Below, piece by piece: positions 37,652 to 47,274 of a stretch of DNA of 64,000 bases. The notes beneath the pieces were generated by a model. It did no database searches. It saw nothing but the letters and a program-made list of their open reading frames with translations, and was not told the DNA's origin. The stretch is from an uncultured Planctomycetales bacterium (GTDB lineage: Bacteria > Omnitrophota > Gorgyraeia > Zapsychrales > GWA2-47-8). The DNA lies in contig CAYING010000003.1 in NCBI GenBank assembly GCA_964364715.1, positions 3,764 through 67,763 of the forward strand. The letters are read 5' to 3'. Made by a program: the position numbers and the translations under genes. Position 1 is the stretch's first letter. Each line of letters opens with the position of its first letter.

Positions 37652-39460
37652 CTATTGTTTCCTATAAACCCGCACACCGTCCTTCTCAAAAATAACTTCG
37701 CCAGGCAAGGTCTTCCCATCCGGCTGGATGATGTCTTCAACCGTTTTATTTTGATCAACAAGGATGTAGTCGCCTTTGCGGTTATCTTGGAGAAGAAAAT
37801 AATCATTCCGCGTCGAAACGTGAGAGACAAGATGTTTGGGGGCGCTGACCGAAGCATCTTCTGGAATAAGCGCAATCGCTTCTTTCATCACATTCAGATA
37901 AGCCGGATCCCTGGTGATGCGCAAGTAACCCCGCCAAAGAAAACAATGGCTCAGGACACAGAGACAGATGAACCATGCGCAGAGTTGTTGAATCTTCGAC
38001 GAGGAAATGGAAAAGCGGAATGGTGTTCCCAGGCGGCCGATCACGGCGGCGCAAGCGACCATAATAAAGCATCCGACCACAATATTATAATGCCATGTCG
38101 GATAAAAAAGCGGGATGCTGGCCAGCAGATTGATCAGCAATTCCGGCAGGCCCAGGAAGAAGATCGGGGACAGTAACGGGAAAACAATTCCAACGGGAGC
38201 GAGGAGCGTATAGATAAATATGAATGAAGAAAAACGCCCCATAACAGAATTTCCCGCGCCCCACAAAAGATTGTCTGCAACGGAATGCCCGGGCCGGATA
38301 AACCGGTCTTTAATGTTATCGATCAGCCACGCCGGAGAAGGATCCACCGAATAGATTTGCTGAAAGCAATGCATGATCCACAGTGAAAAGACAGCCCAAA
38401 GGAGGCCGATGATCACCGGTGTCAGAATCCACCGCCGGCTGCGTCTTAATAAAAACGCGTACAGGCCGAACATCACGGATACCAAGGCCATATGCTCTTT
38501 GATGGAAAGACAAAAAAACAAGAAAATTAAAAAATTTCTGAAATGCTGCGTTAGAAAAAAATAAAATGCAAATAAGAGAAACGGCGGCAAAAAACACACC
38601 TCATGCGGCGCGTTAAAATGCTGGCCGATCAGAAAGGGATAAAAGAGATACGCGGCCATGAGCGGCCAAATGGCTGCAGGAGAGACACACCGTTTGAGAA
38701 TCAAATAAAAGGGAACGGCGGAGACGGTCAAAAAGATCGACTTCATGAACAGTAATGTGGCCGGATGCGGATAAACGGCGTACAGCGGTGAAAGGAGAAT
38801 CAGGAAAGGAGAATTGTGAGTCACAAAGTTAGAGCCGCTGATAGAGCTTTGATAGAAACGGCCGTGAATGTTATTCCATTGAATTTGATTATATAAGGCG
38901 ACATCAAAGGAACTGGTGTCCTGAAAATTCAGATGCCGCAGGACAGCAATGGCGCCAAAGAATAGCGCATACCCCGAGAGAAACAGCGCGAACAGCGGTA
39001 TGGATATCGGCGGCCTCCTCAAGGGATGCTCGGGCCGCCGAAGGATACTATTAAACATAATACATCCCACGGCCACAATAAAAATAGCCGCAGCTGGCTG
39101 GTTGCCATCGGGGAGGGGGTAAAAAAAATTGTAAGGAATCAGCAGAAGTAAAATGAAAGATGGGATTAACGAGAGGCGGGCATATGGTAAAGCCGTTTCG
39201 GACGGATCGGCGGCAATGAGGCCGGCCCAGAACAGAACGACAGCGAGAATAACGGCAGCCAACAAAAGAATAGCCGAGGCGCAACTAAGATAAACGGCCG
39301 ATGCAAAACTGGTGACAATGAAAAAAACAACAGTAAAGCTGACAACAATGAGAAGACCGGCATCTTTCCAGGATGCTTTTGCCAAACGTTGCCGGGTTTC
39401 CCTATACTTTAACAGTACCAGTACTTTGTTAAAAAAATATTTTTTGACACATAAATTCAA
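37652..39460 (-). CDS. Large polytopic membrane protein (DUF2079-like) with C-terminal soluble domain
   Basis: More than 12 predicted TM helices followed by a ~100-aa hydrophilic C-terminal domain. Confidence 0.65.
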   Translation of the reverse strand: MNLCVKKYFFNKVLVLLKYRETRQRLAKASWKDAGLLIVVSFTVVFFIVTSFASAVYLSCASAILLLAAVILAVVLFWAGLIAADPSETALPYARLSLIPSFILLLLIPYNFFYPLPDGNQPAAAIFIVAVGCIMFNSILRRPEHPLRRPPISIPLFALFLSGYALFFGAIAVLRHLNFQDTSSFDVALYNQIQWNNIHGRFYQSSISGSNFVTHNSPFLILLSPLYAVYPHPATLLFMKSIFLTVSAVPFYLILKRCVSPAAIWPLMAAYLFYPFLIGQHFNAPHEVCFLPPFLLFAFYFFLTQHFRNFLIFLFFCLSIKEHMALVSVMFGLYAFLLRRSRRWILTPVIIGLLWAVFSLWIMHCFQQIYSVDPSPAWLIDNIKDRFIRPGHSVADNLLWGAGNSVMGRFSSFIFIYTLLAPVGIVFPLLSPIFFLGLPELLINLLASIPLFYPTWHYNIVVGCFIMVACAAVIGRLGTPFRFSISSSKIQQLCAWFICLCVLSHCFLWRGYLRITRDPAYLNVMKEAIALIPEDASVSAPKHLVSHVSTRNDYFLLQDNRKGDYILVDQNKTVEDIIQPDGKTLPGEVIFEKDGVRVYRKQ

Positions 39461-39645
39461 AAATTTCTCGACGCTGTGAAGCGTTGCAATGCGCTGCGTG
39501 CAGTTCTAATCAACGCTTTAAGGCTTGTTAACCATCTGGGATTCAATGGGTTACGTTATAAAAAGAGCTGAATTTTAACAAACTACTGTCAAGTATATAC
39601 TGTGCCCGACGTGATGTCGAATTTTATTGCCGGTTATTGCCGGAA

Positions 39646-40668
39646 TCACCCGAATCTTTCCGTATGCTCAATGATCTGGCGCATCATGCGGACACACTTG
39701 ACGGGAAAAGACCCCACCGCGGTCTCACCCGAAAGCATCGCATAATCGGTCCCGTCCAGAATAGCGTTCGCCACATCGCTCACCTCGGCGCGGGTCGGGC
39801 GGGAATTTTCCGTCATACTTTCCAGCATCTGGGTCGCGGTCACGACCACCTTATCGCTGATATTGCAATGAAGAATGATCTCCTTTTGGATCAAAGGGAT
39901 CTGATAGATCGGCAAGGAAACGCCCAAGTCTCCCCTCGCCACCATGACACCGTCACAGGCGTCGATAATACTCATCATATTTTTGACACCGTCCTGATTT
40001 TCGATCTTGGCAATGATCTGACAGCGGGGTAAATGCGGTTTGACCAGGCGGCTCACCTTAAGAATATCCTGTTTATTCCGGACAAATGACTGCGAAATAA
40101 AATCAACTTTATGGCGGATACCGAAAGCAATATCCCGCTTGTCCTTATCCGTAAGAATATCCGAGCTGAGTTTAAGCGCCGGGATATTTACCCCTTTACG
40201 GGACTTAATCATCCCTCCCTGCCGGACTTCCAAACGGACACCATTTTTCGACCGGCCCATGACCTTTAAATGGACCTTGCCGTCGTCGATGAAAATATCC
40301 ATTCCCTTTTTCAGATGATTGACGGCAATATCGGAATCGAGCGGGATCTCAAAAACATTGCTCGCTCCGCTCGCCTCGCTCGCCTTGCTCTTCATCCACA
40401 CCGGCTGGTATTTCATAAGTTCGACCGGGTATTTGAGTTCCCCTAAACGCAGGCGGTACCCTTCCAGGTCCTGCAGAATTTTGATCTTGAGTTTTGCCTC
40501 GCGGTTGGCGGCTCGGATGGTCTTGATCAGTTTGAGATGGTCCGCGCGGCTTCCGTGGGAAAAATTGATGCGGGCGACATCCATCCCCTCGCGGGCCATC
40601 TTGATAATAGTATCCTTGCGCTGACTCGCCGGACCCAAAGTGCAGATGATCTTTGTCTTACGCAGCAT
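39646..40668 (-). CDS. Pyruvate kinase-like protein lacking the C-terminal regulatory domain
   Basis: N-terminal KTKIICTLGPAS, MDVARINFSHG and MVARGDLG motifs. Only 340 aa. Confidence 0.8.
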   Translation of the reverse strand: MLRKTKIICTLGPASQRKDTIIKMAREGMDVARINFSHGSRADHLKLIKTIRAANREAKLKIKILQDLEGYRLRLGELKYPVELMKYQPVWMKSKASEASGASNVFEIPLDSDIAVNHLKKGMDIFIDDGKVHLKVMGRSKNGVRLEVRQGGMIKSRKGVNIPALKLSSDILTDKDKRDIAFGIRHKVDFISQSFVRNKQDILKVSRLVKPHLPRCQIIAKIENQDGVKNMMSIIDACDGVMVARGDLGVSLPIYQIPLIQKEIILHCNISDKVVVTATQMLESMTENSRPTRAEVSDVANAILDGTDYAMLSGETAVGSFPVKCVRMMRQIIEHTERFG

Positions 40669-40999
40669 TGAGATTGAGCAAACCCTTCAGGCGGTTGGAG
40701 GAACCGGGATCCATTTGCGTGAAATAGATCGCGATCCCCTCGCCGGCAGCGATCCGCGAGATACGCGCCAACCCCTGCACCGATTCCTCAGGATTTGTGG
40801 AAGCGCATTGGATCGCGAAACTGATCTCGTCGTTGTTCTGCAGATAAATATTGGTCTTGATCTTAACGAACGCGCTTTTGAGGGAAAGGTCTTTCAGCTG
40901 GCCTTGGAGGGTGATCTGCGTGCCCAGGCTGATCTGGATAGGGAAACTCAACGCGGCGCGCTGAGTTTCCCGTTGATTGCGGAATGAATCCGGATACAT
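40658..40999 (-). CDS. PilZ-domain protein (c-di-GMP receptor candidate)
   Basis: RxxxR (RETQRA) and D-x-S-x-x-G-like (DLSLKSAFV) motifs. Its ATG abuts the end of repeat copy B. Confidence 0.65.
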   Translation of the reverse strand: MYPDSFRNQRETQRAALSFPIQISLGTQITLQGQLKDLSLKSAFVKIKTNIYLQNNDEISFAIQCASTNPEESVQGLARISRIAAGEGIAIYFTQMDPGSSNRLKGLLNLNAA

Positions 41000-41090
41000 C
41001 CCAATTTTCCTCTATATTATCCCAATTATCGTTAGATGAAATTGGGATAAGTACTTGTTACATCTAAAATTAGTCATGGAAAACAAGTAC
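40998..41090 (-). repeat. MITE-like hairpin repeat, copy B (no GC insert)
   Basis: ATCCCAATTTTCCTCTATATTATCCCAATTATCGTTAGATGAAATTGGGATAAGTACTTGTTACATCTAAAATTAGTCATGGAAAACAAGTAC. Confidence 0.8.
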
Positions 41091-41093
41091 CTT

Positions 41094-41540
41094 TTACTCG
41101 TCCCACGCCACTGCGGCTTCGGAGGAAGGTTCCGCGGCGGCCGGGGCTTCCGAGAACGCGGAACCGTTGCCTGAAGAACCGTTCCCTGAGGAAGCGTTGC
41201 CTGACGCATCATCTCTCTTGGCCGGCAGGAAATGAATATTGTTCGCTGAAATTCTGACACGGCTTTGGGTCTTGCCGTCTTTTTCCCAGCGGTCCTGCCG
41301 TAAACGCCCCTCGACGATGATGCCGCGGCCTTTGGCCAAATATTTGGCGCAATTCTCGGCGACGACACCCCAGACCTCGACGTCAAAATACGAGACCTCG
41401 GTGACTTTCTGCCCGTTACTGGTATACACCCGGTTGTTGGCGACCGACAGATTACAAACAGCCTTCCCTGACGCGATGTACTTCAATTCCGGATCCCTCG
41501 TAAGATTCCCCATAATTTGAACACTGTTCAGACTCATCAC
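41094..41540 (-). CDS. ssb: Single-stranded DNA-binding protein with atypical C-terminal tail
   Basis: OB-fold N-terminus MMSLNSVQIMGNLTRDPELKY. Gly/Ser-rich linker. The tail ends …AAVAWDE instead of DDDIPF. Confidence 0.85.
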   Translation of the reverse strand: MMSLNSVQIMGNLTRDPELKYIASGKAVCNLSVANNRVYTSNGQKVTEVSYFDVEVWGVVAENCAKYLAKGRGIIVEGRLRQDRWEKDGKTQSRVRISANNIHFLPAKRDDASGNASSGNGSSGNGSAFSEAPAAAEPSSEAAVAWDE

Positions 41541-41552
41541 GTTCTCCTTAAT

Positions 41553-41620
41553 GACCCCGCCGCTTCGCAGAGGCGGGGGAATTACTCCCGCCGCTTTCGC
41601 TAGAGGCGGGACTTCCTTAT
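41553..41620. repeat. GC-rich double-hairpin repeat (CCCCGCCGCTTCGCAGAGGCGGGGGAATT family), copy 1
   Basis: Near-identical to 49771..49845. Lies just 5' of the ssb RBS. Confidence 0.7.
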
Positions 41621-41803
41621 TTAGCCCCTTTTCCCCTTTTTAATATTTTTCTCAATTTCCGTGATTTTCTTTTTGGTCGATCTTTGTACATCACCGCTGT
41701 TGTCCTTTGCGGCCCCTTTACCGTGCTCCGGCAAGACCCCGCAATATTCACAGACGATCGAAAACTTATCGAGTTCTTTCTGGCATTCTGCACACTTTTT
41801 CAT
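41621..41803 (-). CDS. Small zinc-ribbon protein (CxxC…CxxC)
   Basis: MKKCAECQKELDKFSIVCEYCG, followed by a Lys-rich tail. Confidence 0.4.
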   Translation of the reverse strand: MKKCAECQKELDKFSIVCEYCGVLPEHGKGAAKDNSGDVQRSTKKKITEIEKNIKKGKRG

Positions 41804-41806
41804 AAA

Positions 41807-42538
41807 CTACCCCTTTGTATTGATCACTGAGCCGGATAAAAGTTCCCGCACGCCGTTTTTGTCCTGCACATAAACCTCCGGAGGAAATTCGATCGATCTC
41901 GGGATCTGAGCGTCTAAAAGCTTTTTCAACCTCTCCTGCTGCAGCGCATCGTTCGGATCAAAAAGCGGCTGCTGGCTCAGATCATTCAATAATAGAATAG
42001 CAGGGTCATGGCTAAATTCAAAATCTTTAATTAGTCGTTTGACCAAAAGGTCCAGGAACGCCGGCTTGTCGCTGAACACTTCCATCGCCGCTTTAAATAC
42101 GATCTTGCCCCAATCCTCGTGCGCCATTTTCTGCAGAAGGCCGTAGACGGAAGAATATTTCACCAGCCGCACCTGGCCCGGCGCAAGTTTACGCGAGTGG
42201 TTGATGATCGTTTCGGAAAGTTCATTCGGATTAAAGGTCTTTATTTCATTATGGATATCGATCGTCAAAAGGTCGAAAACATAAATCCCGTGGACACCGA
42301 AGGCCGCCTGCGACACACTGCGCGCCAAAAGGTCCTCGAGCGCGCGCCAGATCACATCTTCGTCTTTGCGGATGACGTTCAAGGCCGAGACTTGGCATGG
42401 CTGGTCTTCACGCACCGCCTTAAATTTCCGCACCTTCCCATCCGCCATCCCTTCATAAAGAATATCGTCGAACAAAGGCATATGGGCGAACAGATTCGAA
42501 TGCTGTATGCCGCCGGTGATCAAATTATAAACAGCCAT
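41807..42538 (-). CDS. Hypothetical protein (243 aa)
   Basis: Intact ORF, no overlaps. No recognisable motif. Confidence 0.55.
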   Translation of the reverse strand: MAVYNLITGGIQHSNLFAHMPLFDDILYEGMADGKVRKFKAVREDQPCQVSALNVIRKDEDVIWRALEDLLARSVSQAAFGVHGIYVFDLLTIDIHNEIKTFNPNELSETIINHSRKLAPGQVRLVKYSSVYGLLQKMAHEDWGKIVFKAAMEVFSDKPAFLDLLVKRLIKDFEFSHDPAILLLNDLSQQPLFDPNDALQQERLKKLLDAQIPRSIEFPPEVYVQDKNGVRELLSGSVINTKG

Positions 42539-42562
42539 CGATATAATTAACCTCGCAAAATC

Positions 42563-44236
42563 TTAACGCATCAGCGCCAGCACCATCGCCTGCGCCGCCA
42601 CGACCCTCAACAGTATGACCAAAGGATAGACCGTTGAATACGCGACCGAGACCGCGTTGGTCTTCACCTGCGCGTTAGCAAAAGCCAAGGCCGGCGGATC
42701 GGTCATCGCCCCGGCGAGCAGGCCGCAAATTTTCAGGTAATTGATTTTCCCAAAACGCCACGCGATCAAACCGACGATCAAAAGCGGCAAAAGCGTGATG
42801 GCTGATGCCAGCGCCATCCAATAAATCCCCTGCCCGGTCAAAAGTGTCGCAATAAATTGATCGCCGGAACGCAAGCCCACGCACGCCAAGAATAACGCGA
42901 TGCCCACTTCCCTCAACATATAATTGGCGCCCATCGGCATATACCAGATCAATCCGGCCCAATGCCCCAAGCGGCTTAAAATGATCGCCGCTAAAAGCGG
43001 ACCACCGGCCAGCCCCAATTTGACCGGCGAAGGGATCCCCGGCAATTGGATCGGCCAGCTGCCGATGATGATCCCCAACACAATACCCACAAAAAGAGAC
43101 ATCAAATGCGGAACGTCCAGATCCTGGCGCGAATCGCCCAAGACCGACGCCAGCCGGCGCATGGAATCCTCTTGCCCGACGATCGTCAAGACATCCGCAT
43201 ATTGAATTTTCAACTCCGGATCCGCGGGGAACTCAACGCCGGCACGGTTGACCCGCGTGACCGTCAGATCAGACATACTCATCAATAAAACTTCTCCAAT
43301 CGTTTTACCGACCATCAGGGGCTTGCTCACCAGGATCGTCCGCGCGATTAAATCCGACGAAACATCCGTCGACAAATTAATAGCGCTTTGACTCCCGATG
43401 ATCAACACAGCTTCTTTCAATTTATCTTTAGGGCCGACAAGATGAATAATATCCCCGATGTGGATGGCACTCTCGGGTTTTGCCACAGAGATTTCCTCAT
43501 GATGTAAAATGCGCGAGGCGACCACGCCAAACTTCGACAAAAGAGGGATGTCCTTGAACGCTATTCCGTGAAGATTCTTATTTTCAACATTCACATCGAC
43601 CGCGAACAAACGGCCGGCATGAACGGGATGTTCTTTTTCAAATGCCTGCACCTGCTGTGTGACATCGATCTTAAAAAACTTACGGATCAAGACCATCGTC
43701 AAAATGATCCCGATGATGCCGAAGGGATACGCCATCGCATAAGCGAGGCCCGGAAGTTTCTGCATATCGGGATCCGTCTGAGGGAGGAGTTGAAGCGCCT
43801 CCTGCGCCGCCGCAAGGCTGGGAGTGTTGGTCGTCCCTCCGGAGAAAAGCCCCACTGCCGTTGGAAGCGGCACCAGGCCGGTGATGACATATAAGACCGT
43901 TATCCCCGCCCCCATCAAAACGATCGAGGCCGCCAGGATATTGAGCGTCAGGCCTTCTTTCTTCATAGAAGAAAAAAATCCAGGACCGACCTGCATCCCG
44001 ATCGTGAAGACAAAGAGGACCAGCCCAAACTCGCGGATAAATTCCAATAAATGCGGATCAATGGACAGCCGAAGGTGGCCGAACAAAAGCCCGGCAAAAA
44101 GAACACCGGCCACACCGAGCTTAATCCCCCAAACCCTGATATTGCCGATGGCAATCCCGCCCGCGATCACCAAGCTGAGGATGAACACAGCGTGCGCGGA
44201 GGAAGTGCCGGTTAAAAGATTCGTTAAAAATTCCAT
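42563..44236 (-). CDS. AAE-family (YidE/YbjL/AspT-like) transporter with two TrkA-C (RCK_C) domains
   Basis: Duplicated membrane halves separated by two soluble regulatory domains. 557 aa. Confidence 0.75.
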   Translation of the reverse strand: MEFLTNLLTGTSSAHAVFILSLVIAGGIAIGNIRVWGIKLGVAGVLFAGLLFGHLRLSIDPHLLEFIREFGLVLFVFTIGMQVGPGFFSSMKKEGLTLNILAASIVLMGAGITVLYVITGLVPLPTAVGLFSGGTTNTPSLAAAQEALQLLPQTDPDMQKLPGLAYAMAYPFGIIGIILTMVLIRKFFKIDVTQQVQAFEKEHPVHAGRLFAVDVNVENKNLHGIAFKDIPLLSKFGVVASRILHHEEISVAKPESAIHIGDIIHLVGPKDKLKEAVLIIGSQSAINLSTDVSSDLIARTILVSKPLMVGKTIGEVLLMSMSDLTVTRVNRAGVEFPADPELKIQYADVLTIVGQEDSMRRLASVLGDSRQDLDVPHLMSLFVGIVLGIIIGSWPIQLPGIPSPVKLGLAGGPLLAAIILSRLGHWAGLIWYMPMGANYMLREVGIALFLACVGLRSGDQFIATLLTGQGIYWMALASAITLLPLLIVGLIAWRFGKINYLKICGLLAGAMTDPPALAFANAQVKTNAVSVAYSTVYPLVILLRVVAAQAMVLALMR

Positions 44237-44263
44237 ACAATGATTATAACAGATTTTCAGTTT

Positions 44264-44764
44264 TCAATAATATTTCACCCTGCCCTCGGGCTCATTCCAG
44301 CGGAGGGTCTTGACCTCATCCCTCGGGATATACACATCGCCCTCGCCGCTGACATACCAGTCCTGAAAATGTTCCGGATAGACCGCGATGTCGACCAAGG
44401 GCAGAGAGATCATATCCTTGGACATCCGGTCCAATTGTTTTTGAAAGTTGGCGACGTCCCGTTCTTCTTTGACGAACACAAAATGCGCCTGACGGTATTT
44501 TTTAAAAAGCTTCTCGATCTTGCTGATCGAGACATTCCCGACCTCGGACCAAAACAGCATCGTGCCGTCGTAACCTTCCGCGCTCAAATCCGGCTGGAAG
44601 CGGTCCTCGATCTTCGCCTCCACCCGGATCGTCGGGTATTCCTTATGGTACAGCGCGAAGACGAGCGCTTTGGCATGGGGATGGAATTCCGATTCATAGG
44701 AGAGCTTGCTGATGATGATCTTCTTATCCTTGAAACGGAACGTATATTTCCGATTATGTTCCAT
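44264..44764 (-). CDS. Hypothetical protein
   Basis: Start moved to the internal Met (MEHNRKYTF). The track's N-terminal 26 aa are the translation of repeat copy D (FRENWGKLG = GGGAAAATTGGGG…). Confidence 0.5.
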   Translation of the reverse strand: MEHNRKYTFRFKDKKIIISKLSYESEFHPHAKALVFALYHKEYPTIRVEAKIEDRFQPDLSAEGYDGTMLFWSEVGNVSISKIEKLFKKYRQAHFVFVKEERDVANFQKQLDRMSKDMISLPLVDIAVYPEHFQDWYVSGEGDVYIPRDEVKTLRWNEPEGRVKYY

Positions 44765-44811
44765 ATTAATGACTTTGAAAAGCATTGTACACGGCACCAA
44801 AACCTTAAGCA

Positions 44812-44872
44812 ATCCCAATTTTCCCCAATTTTCCCTGAACAAAATTATAATATTAGAAGTAATTGGGATTAG
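44812..44872 (-). repeat. MITE-like hairpin repeat, degenerate copy D
   Basis: ATCCCAATTTTCCCCAATTTTCCC…AATTGGGAT retains the CCCAATT/AATTGGG arms. Lacks the GTACTTGTT…AACAAGTAC hairpin. Confidence 0.6.
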
Positions 44873-44931
44873 CTCTGATTTCCTCTAATAATGTCTATTG
44901 AGGAATAATCAGGCAAGGTTTACATTACAGT

Positions 44932-45633
44932 TTACATCTCGCCTTTCTCCGCGAAGGAATAAAATTCGCCGTCCCCGACAATGATATGGTCCATCACCTT
45001 GATCCCGAGGGTGATCCCGGCATCGACCAGTTTCCGCGTGAAAGCCCGGTCTTCGGCGCTCGGCAAGGCTTTTCCCGACGGATGATTGTGCGCGCAGATA
45101 ATCGACACGCTGAAATTCTGCAAAGCCTTCTGAAAGATCTCGCGGATGACCGGCGAGGCGTAATTGACCGTGCCTTCATCCTCTTCCTCGATCGAGATCA
45201 AACGGTTCTGGCTGTCGAGGTGGGCAGTTTTAAAGACTTCTTTTTTAAGGTCGCGCATCCGCGGCATCAAGATCGCCGCCAGATCCTGCGCGCATTTGAT
45301 CGCCGGGCGCTCTTCGCGCGCTTCATCTTCTCGAAAGCGCCGCGCGATCTCAAGCGCCGCTTTGATCTGCGCGAGTTTCGCCGGGCCAAGCCCTTTGAAA
45401 TCTTCCCAATCCCGGCTGTCGGTGTGGCTCATATTACGGAAAGTTTTAAACTTCGCTAATAATTTTCGCGCCAGGTCGATCGCGTTTTCACCTTTGGTGC
45501 CGGTCCGCAAAAGGATCGCCAGCAATTCGGAATTGCTCAAATGATGTTCGCCGTATTTGGCCAAACGTTCACGCGGACGGTCCTCGGCGGGCCAAGAACA
45601 GATGGATGAATTGTATTCTGTGGAATGTGACAT
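44932..45633 (-). CDS. radC: RadC-like JAB-domain protein
   Basis: Helix-hairpin-helix N-terminal region. JAMM motif HNHPSG. Confidence 0.9.
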   Translation of the reverse strand: MSHSTEYNSSICSWPAEDRPRERLAKYGEHHLSNSELLAILLRTGTKGENAIDLARKLLAKFKTFRNMSHTDSRDWEDFKGLGPAKLAQIKAALEIARRFREDEAREERPAIKCAQDLAAILMPRMRDLKKEVFKTAHLDSQNRLISIEEEDEGTVNYASPVIREIFQKALQNFSVSIICAHNHPSGKALPSAEDRAFTRKLVDAGITLGIKVMDHIIVGDGEFYSFAEKGEM

Positions 45634-45786
45634 GAAGTTCCCTTTCTGTGGAAGTCCCGCTGGCGCGGGCCATTTGGCCCCGCTGCATTCTTGCTGAATG
45701 CAAGAAGCGGGGCTAATTCGCCCAACAAACTTATGTCATCAAAATCATTCCATAAGTTTGGGGCTCATTAGGGGAACCGAGGAAGG

Positions 45787-45823
45787 ACAAAAAAGGCCTG
45801 TCCGTCTAGAGAGGACAGGCCTT
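45787..45823 (-). terminator. Intrinsic terminator downstream of the AT-rich secreted-protein gene
   Basis: Minus strand: aaaggcctgtcctctctagacggacaggccttttttg. Confidence 0.6.
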
Positions 45824-45828
45824 TGATT

Positions 45829-47169
45829 CTAAAGCCAAAAGAAATTTAAATCAATAAAATCACCATTATGCTGATTAAATACAGCACCGGGGACCCAATT
45901 ATTGCCAACTAAATTAAATAATTTAAGCTGTATAACGGTCAGAATGCCATATATTGGATGATTAATCCTATCACGATCCGTATATCCAATGACTAAGGAA
46001 GGCAATGTACCGTTTGTCGGTCGAGAGGTTTCGGTAATTCCTACATTCCGAAAACTACTGTATGGAGAAGTGTGCGCAGCCAAAGTTTGCGAATTCACCT
46101 GCCCCTGGGAGTAAGTATAAAGTTGAAGATCCTGTGCGACGGAGGGAAATCCGGAGTAAGGTCCTTCAAGTGTCGGTATATAAATTGTGGCCGTTGAAGG
46201 ATCATATCCCAAAGCACAGGCAAAACCCGTGGGAGAAAGACTAACCGGCGCTCCCCATTGCTGTCCATTCCATGCTCTGAATCCAATACCGATAAAACTA
46301 TTAGGAGTAGAATTGTAAGTCATAAATTTTATCGGATTAAAAGGAGATGGAACAATGTACGTTTTTCGTTCCGCCCCGCCAGGGCCTATTAGCGTAGGAT
46401 TAATCGCCATCGTATTCATTCCTGAGTATACAAAATTGCCGTTGATTTCCTGGAATTCCGCCTCCTCATAGTTTCCGTTACCTACAAGCACCACATTCTC
46501 AATATAATACGCTAACCATACCTTGCCGGAGACACTATCCTTTTCTATTTGAAACTTCTTTAATACAGGCACAAAAAGAAATCCAGAATATGGTATTGTT
46601 GTTACTAATTGGATATTATTAAATGTTGCCGCGGTGGCTGCTTTTTTTCCTAAAAAAATATTGATCAATCTCAGTATATTATCATACTGAGCTATAGCGA
46701 TATAAGCTTCGCCCGTTGGAGACATATCCAAGCTGACGGACAAAAAATCAGCAACATTTATGTTGCCCGGCAATGAGATATTTTGATGGACTGCCTGGTT
46801 CGCTCCCTTAGGGATCATAAAATACTTTAAATATTTAAGATTCGCGGGATTTGGCCAAGGCGCTAGTTGCAAAACCGTTCCTTCAATATTGCCAGTAACC
46901 GGGTTAGATTTCGCAGTGAGGTTGGATAGCGGGAGGTAAAGGCCGAGCGATAGCATCGTTGAAGTATAAGTTGATGCAGCAGAATCAATGCGATGATACA
47001 TAAGGTATGGATTCCAAGATCCAGTTCCGGCGATAGATATGAGTCCTAAATCTGCCGGAGGGATGAGTGGGTCACGGGAACGCGCAAAAGCCGGCGAAAC
47101 AGTACTCAAAACCAGGATTATAGCTTGGACAACTAATACATATCTGAACATCGGTGATCTTCGTTTCAT
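45829..47169 (-). CDS. Secreted hypothetical protein (446 aa), encoded in an AT-rich segment
   Basis: Signal peptide MFRYVLVVQAIILVLSTVSPAFA. Visibly lower GC and different codon usage than the flanking genes. Confidence 0.65.
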   Translation of the reverse strand: MKRRSPMFRYVLVVQAIILVLSTVSPAFARSRDPLIPPADLGLISIAGTGSWNPYLMYHRIDSAASTYTSTMLSLGLYLPLSNLTAKSNPVTGNIEGTVLQLAPWPNPANLKYLKYFMIPKGANQAVHQNISLPGNINVADFLSVSLDMSPTGEAYIAIAQYDNILRLINIFLGKKAATAATFNNIQLVTTIPYSGFLFVPVLKKFQIEKDSVSGKVWLAYYIENVVLVGNGNYEEAEFQEINGNFVYSGMNTMAINPTLIGPGGAERKTYIVPSPFNPIKFMTYNSTPNSFIGIGFRAWNGQQWGAPVSLSPTGFACALGYDPSTATIYIPTLEGPYSGFPSVAQDLQLYTYSQGQVNSQTLAAHTSPYSSFRNVGITETSRPTNGTLPSLVIGYTDRDRINHPIYGILTVIQLKLFNLVGNNWVPGAVFNQHNGDFIDLNFFWL

Positions 47170-47274
47170 TTCTTGCCTCCGTTTAAAGATTATAGAAATT
47201 TACCTTAAAAATACTCTGACTGGAAATATATAACATATAATCTCCTAAAAGGCAAAAATACTTTCTAACGGGCT

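Noticed and set aside
45634-45790. Hairpin-dense ~150-nt gap after radC, considered as a possible known structured RNA (SRP, 6S, RNase P, tmRNA)
   Set aside because: None of the conserved primary-sequence hallmarks of those RNAs is present. More likely a cluster of REP-like hairpins plus the terminator of the downstream gene.
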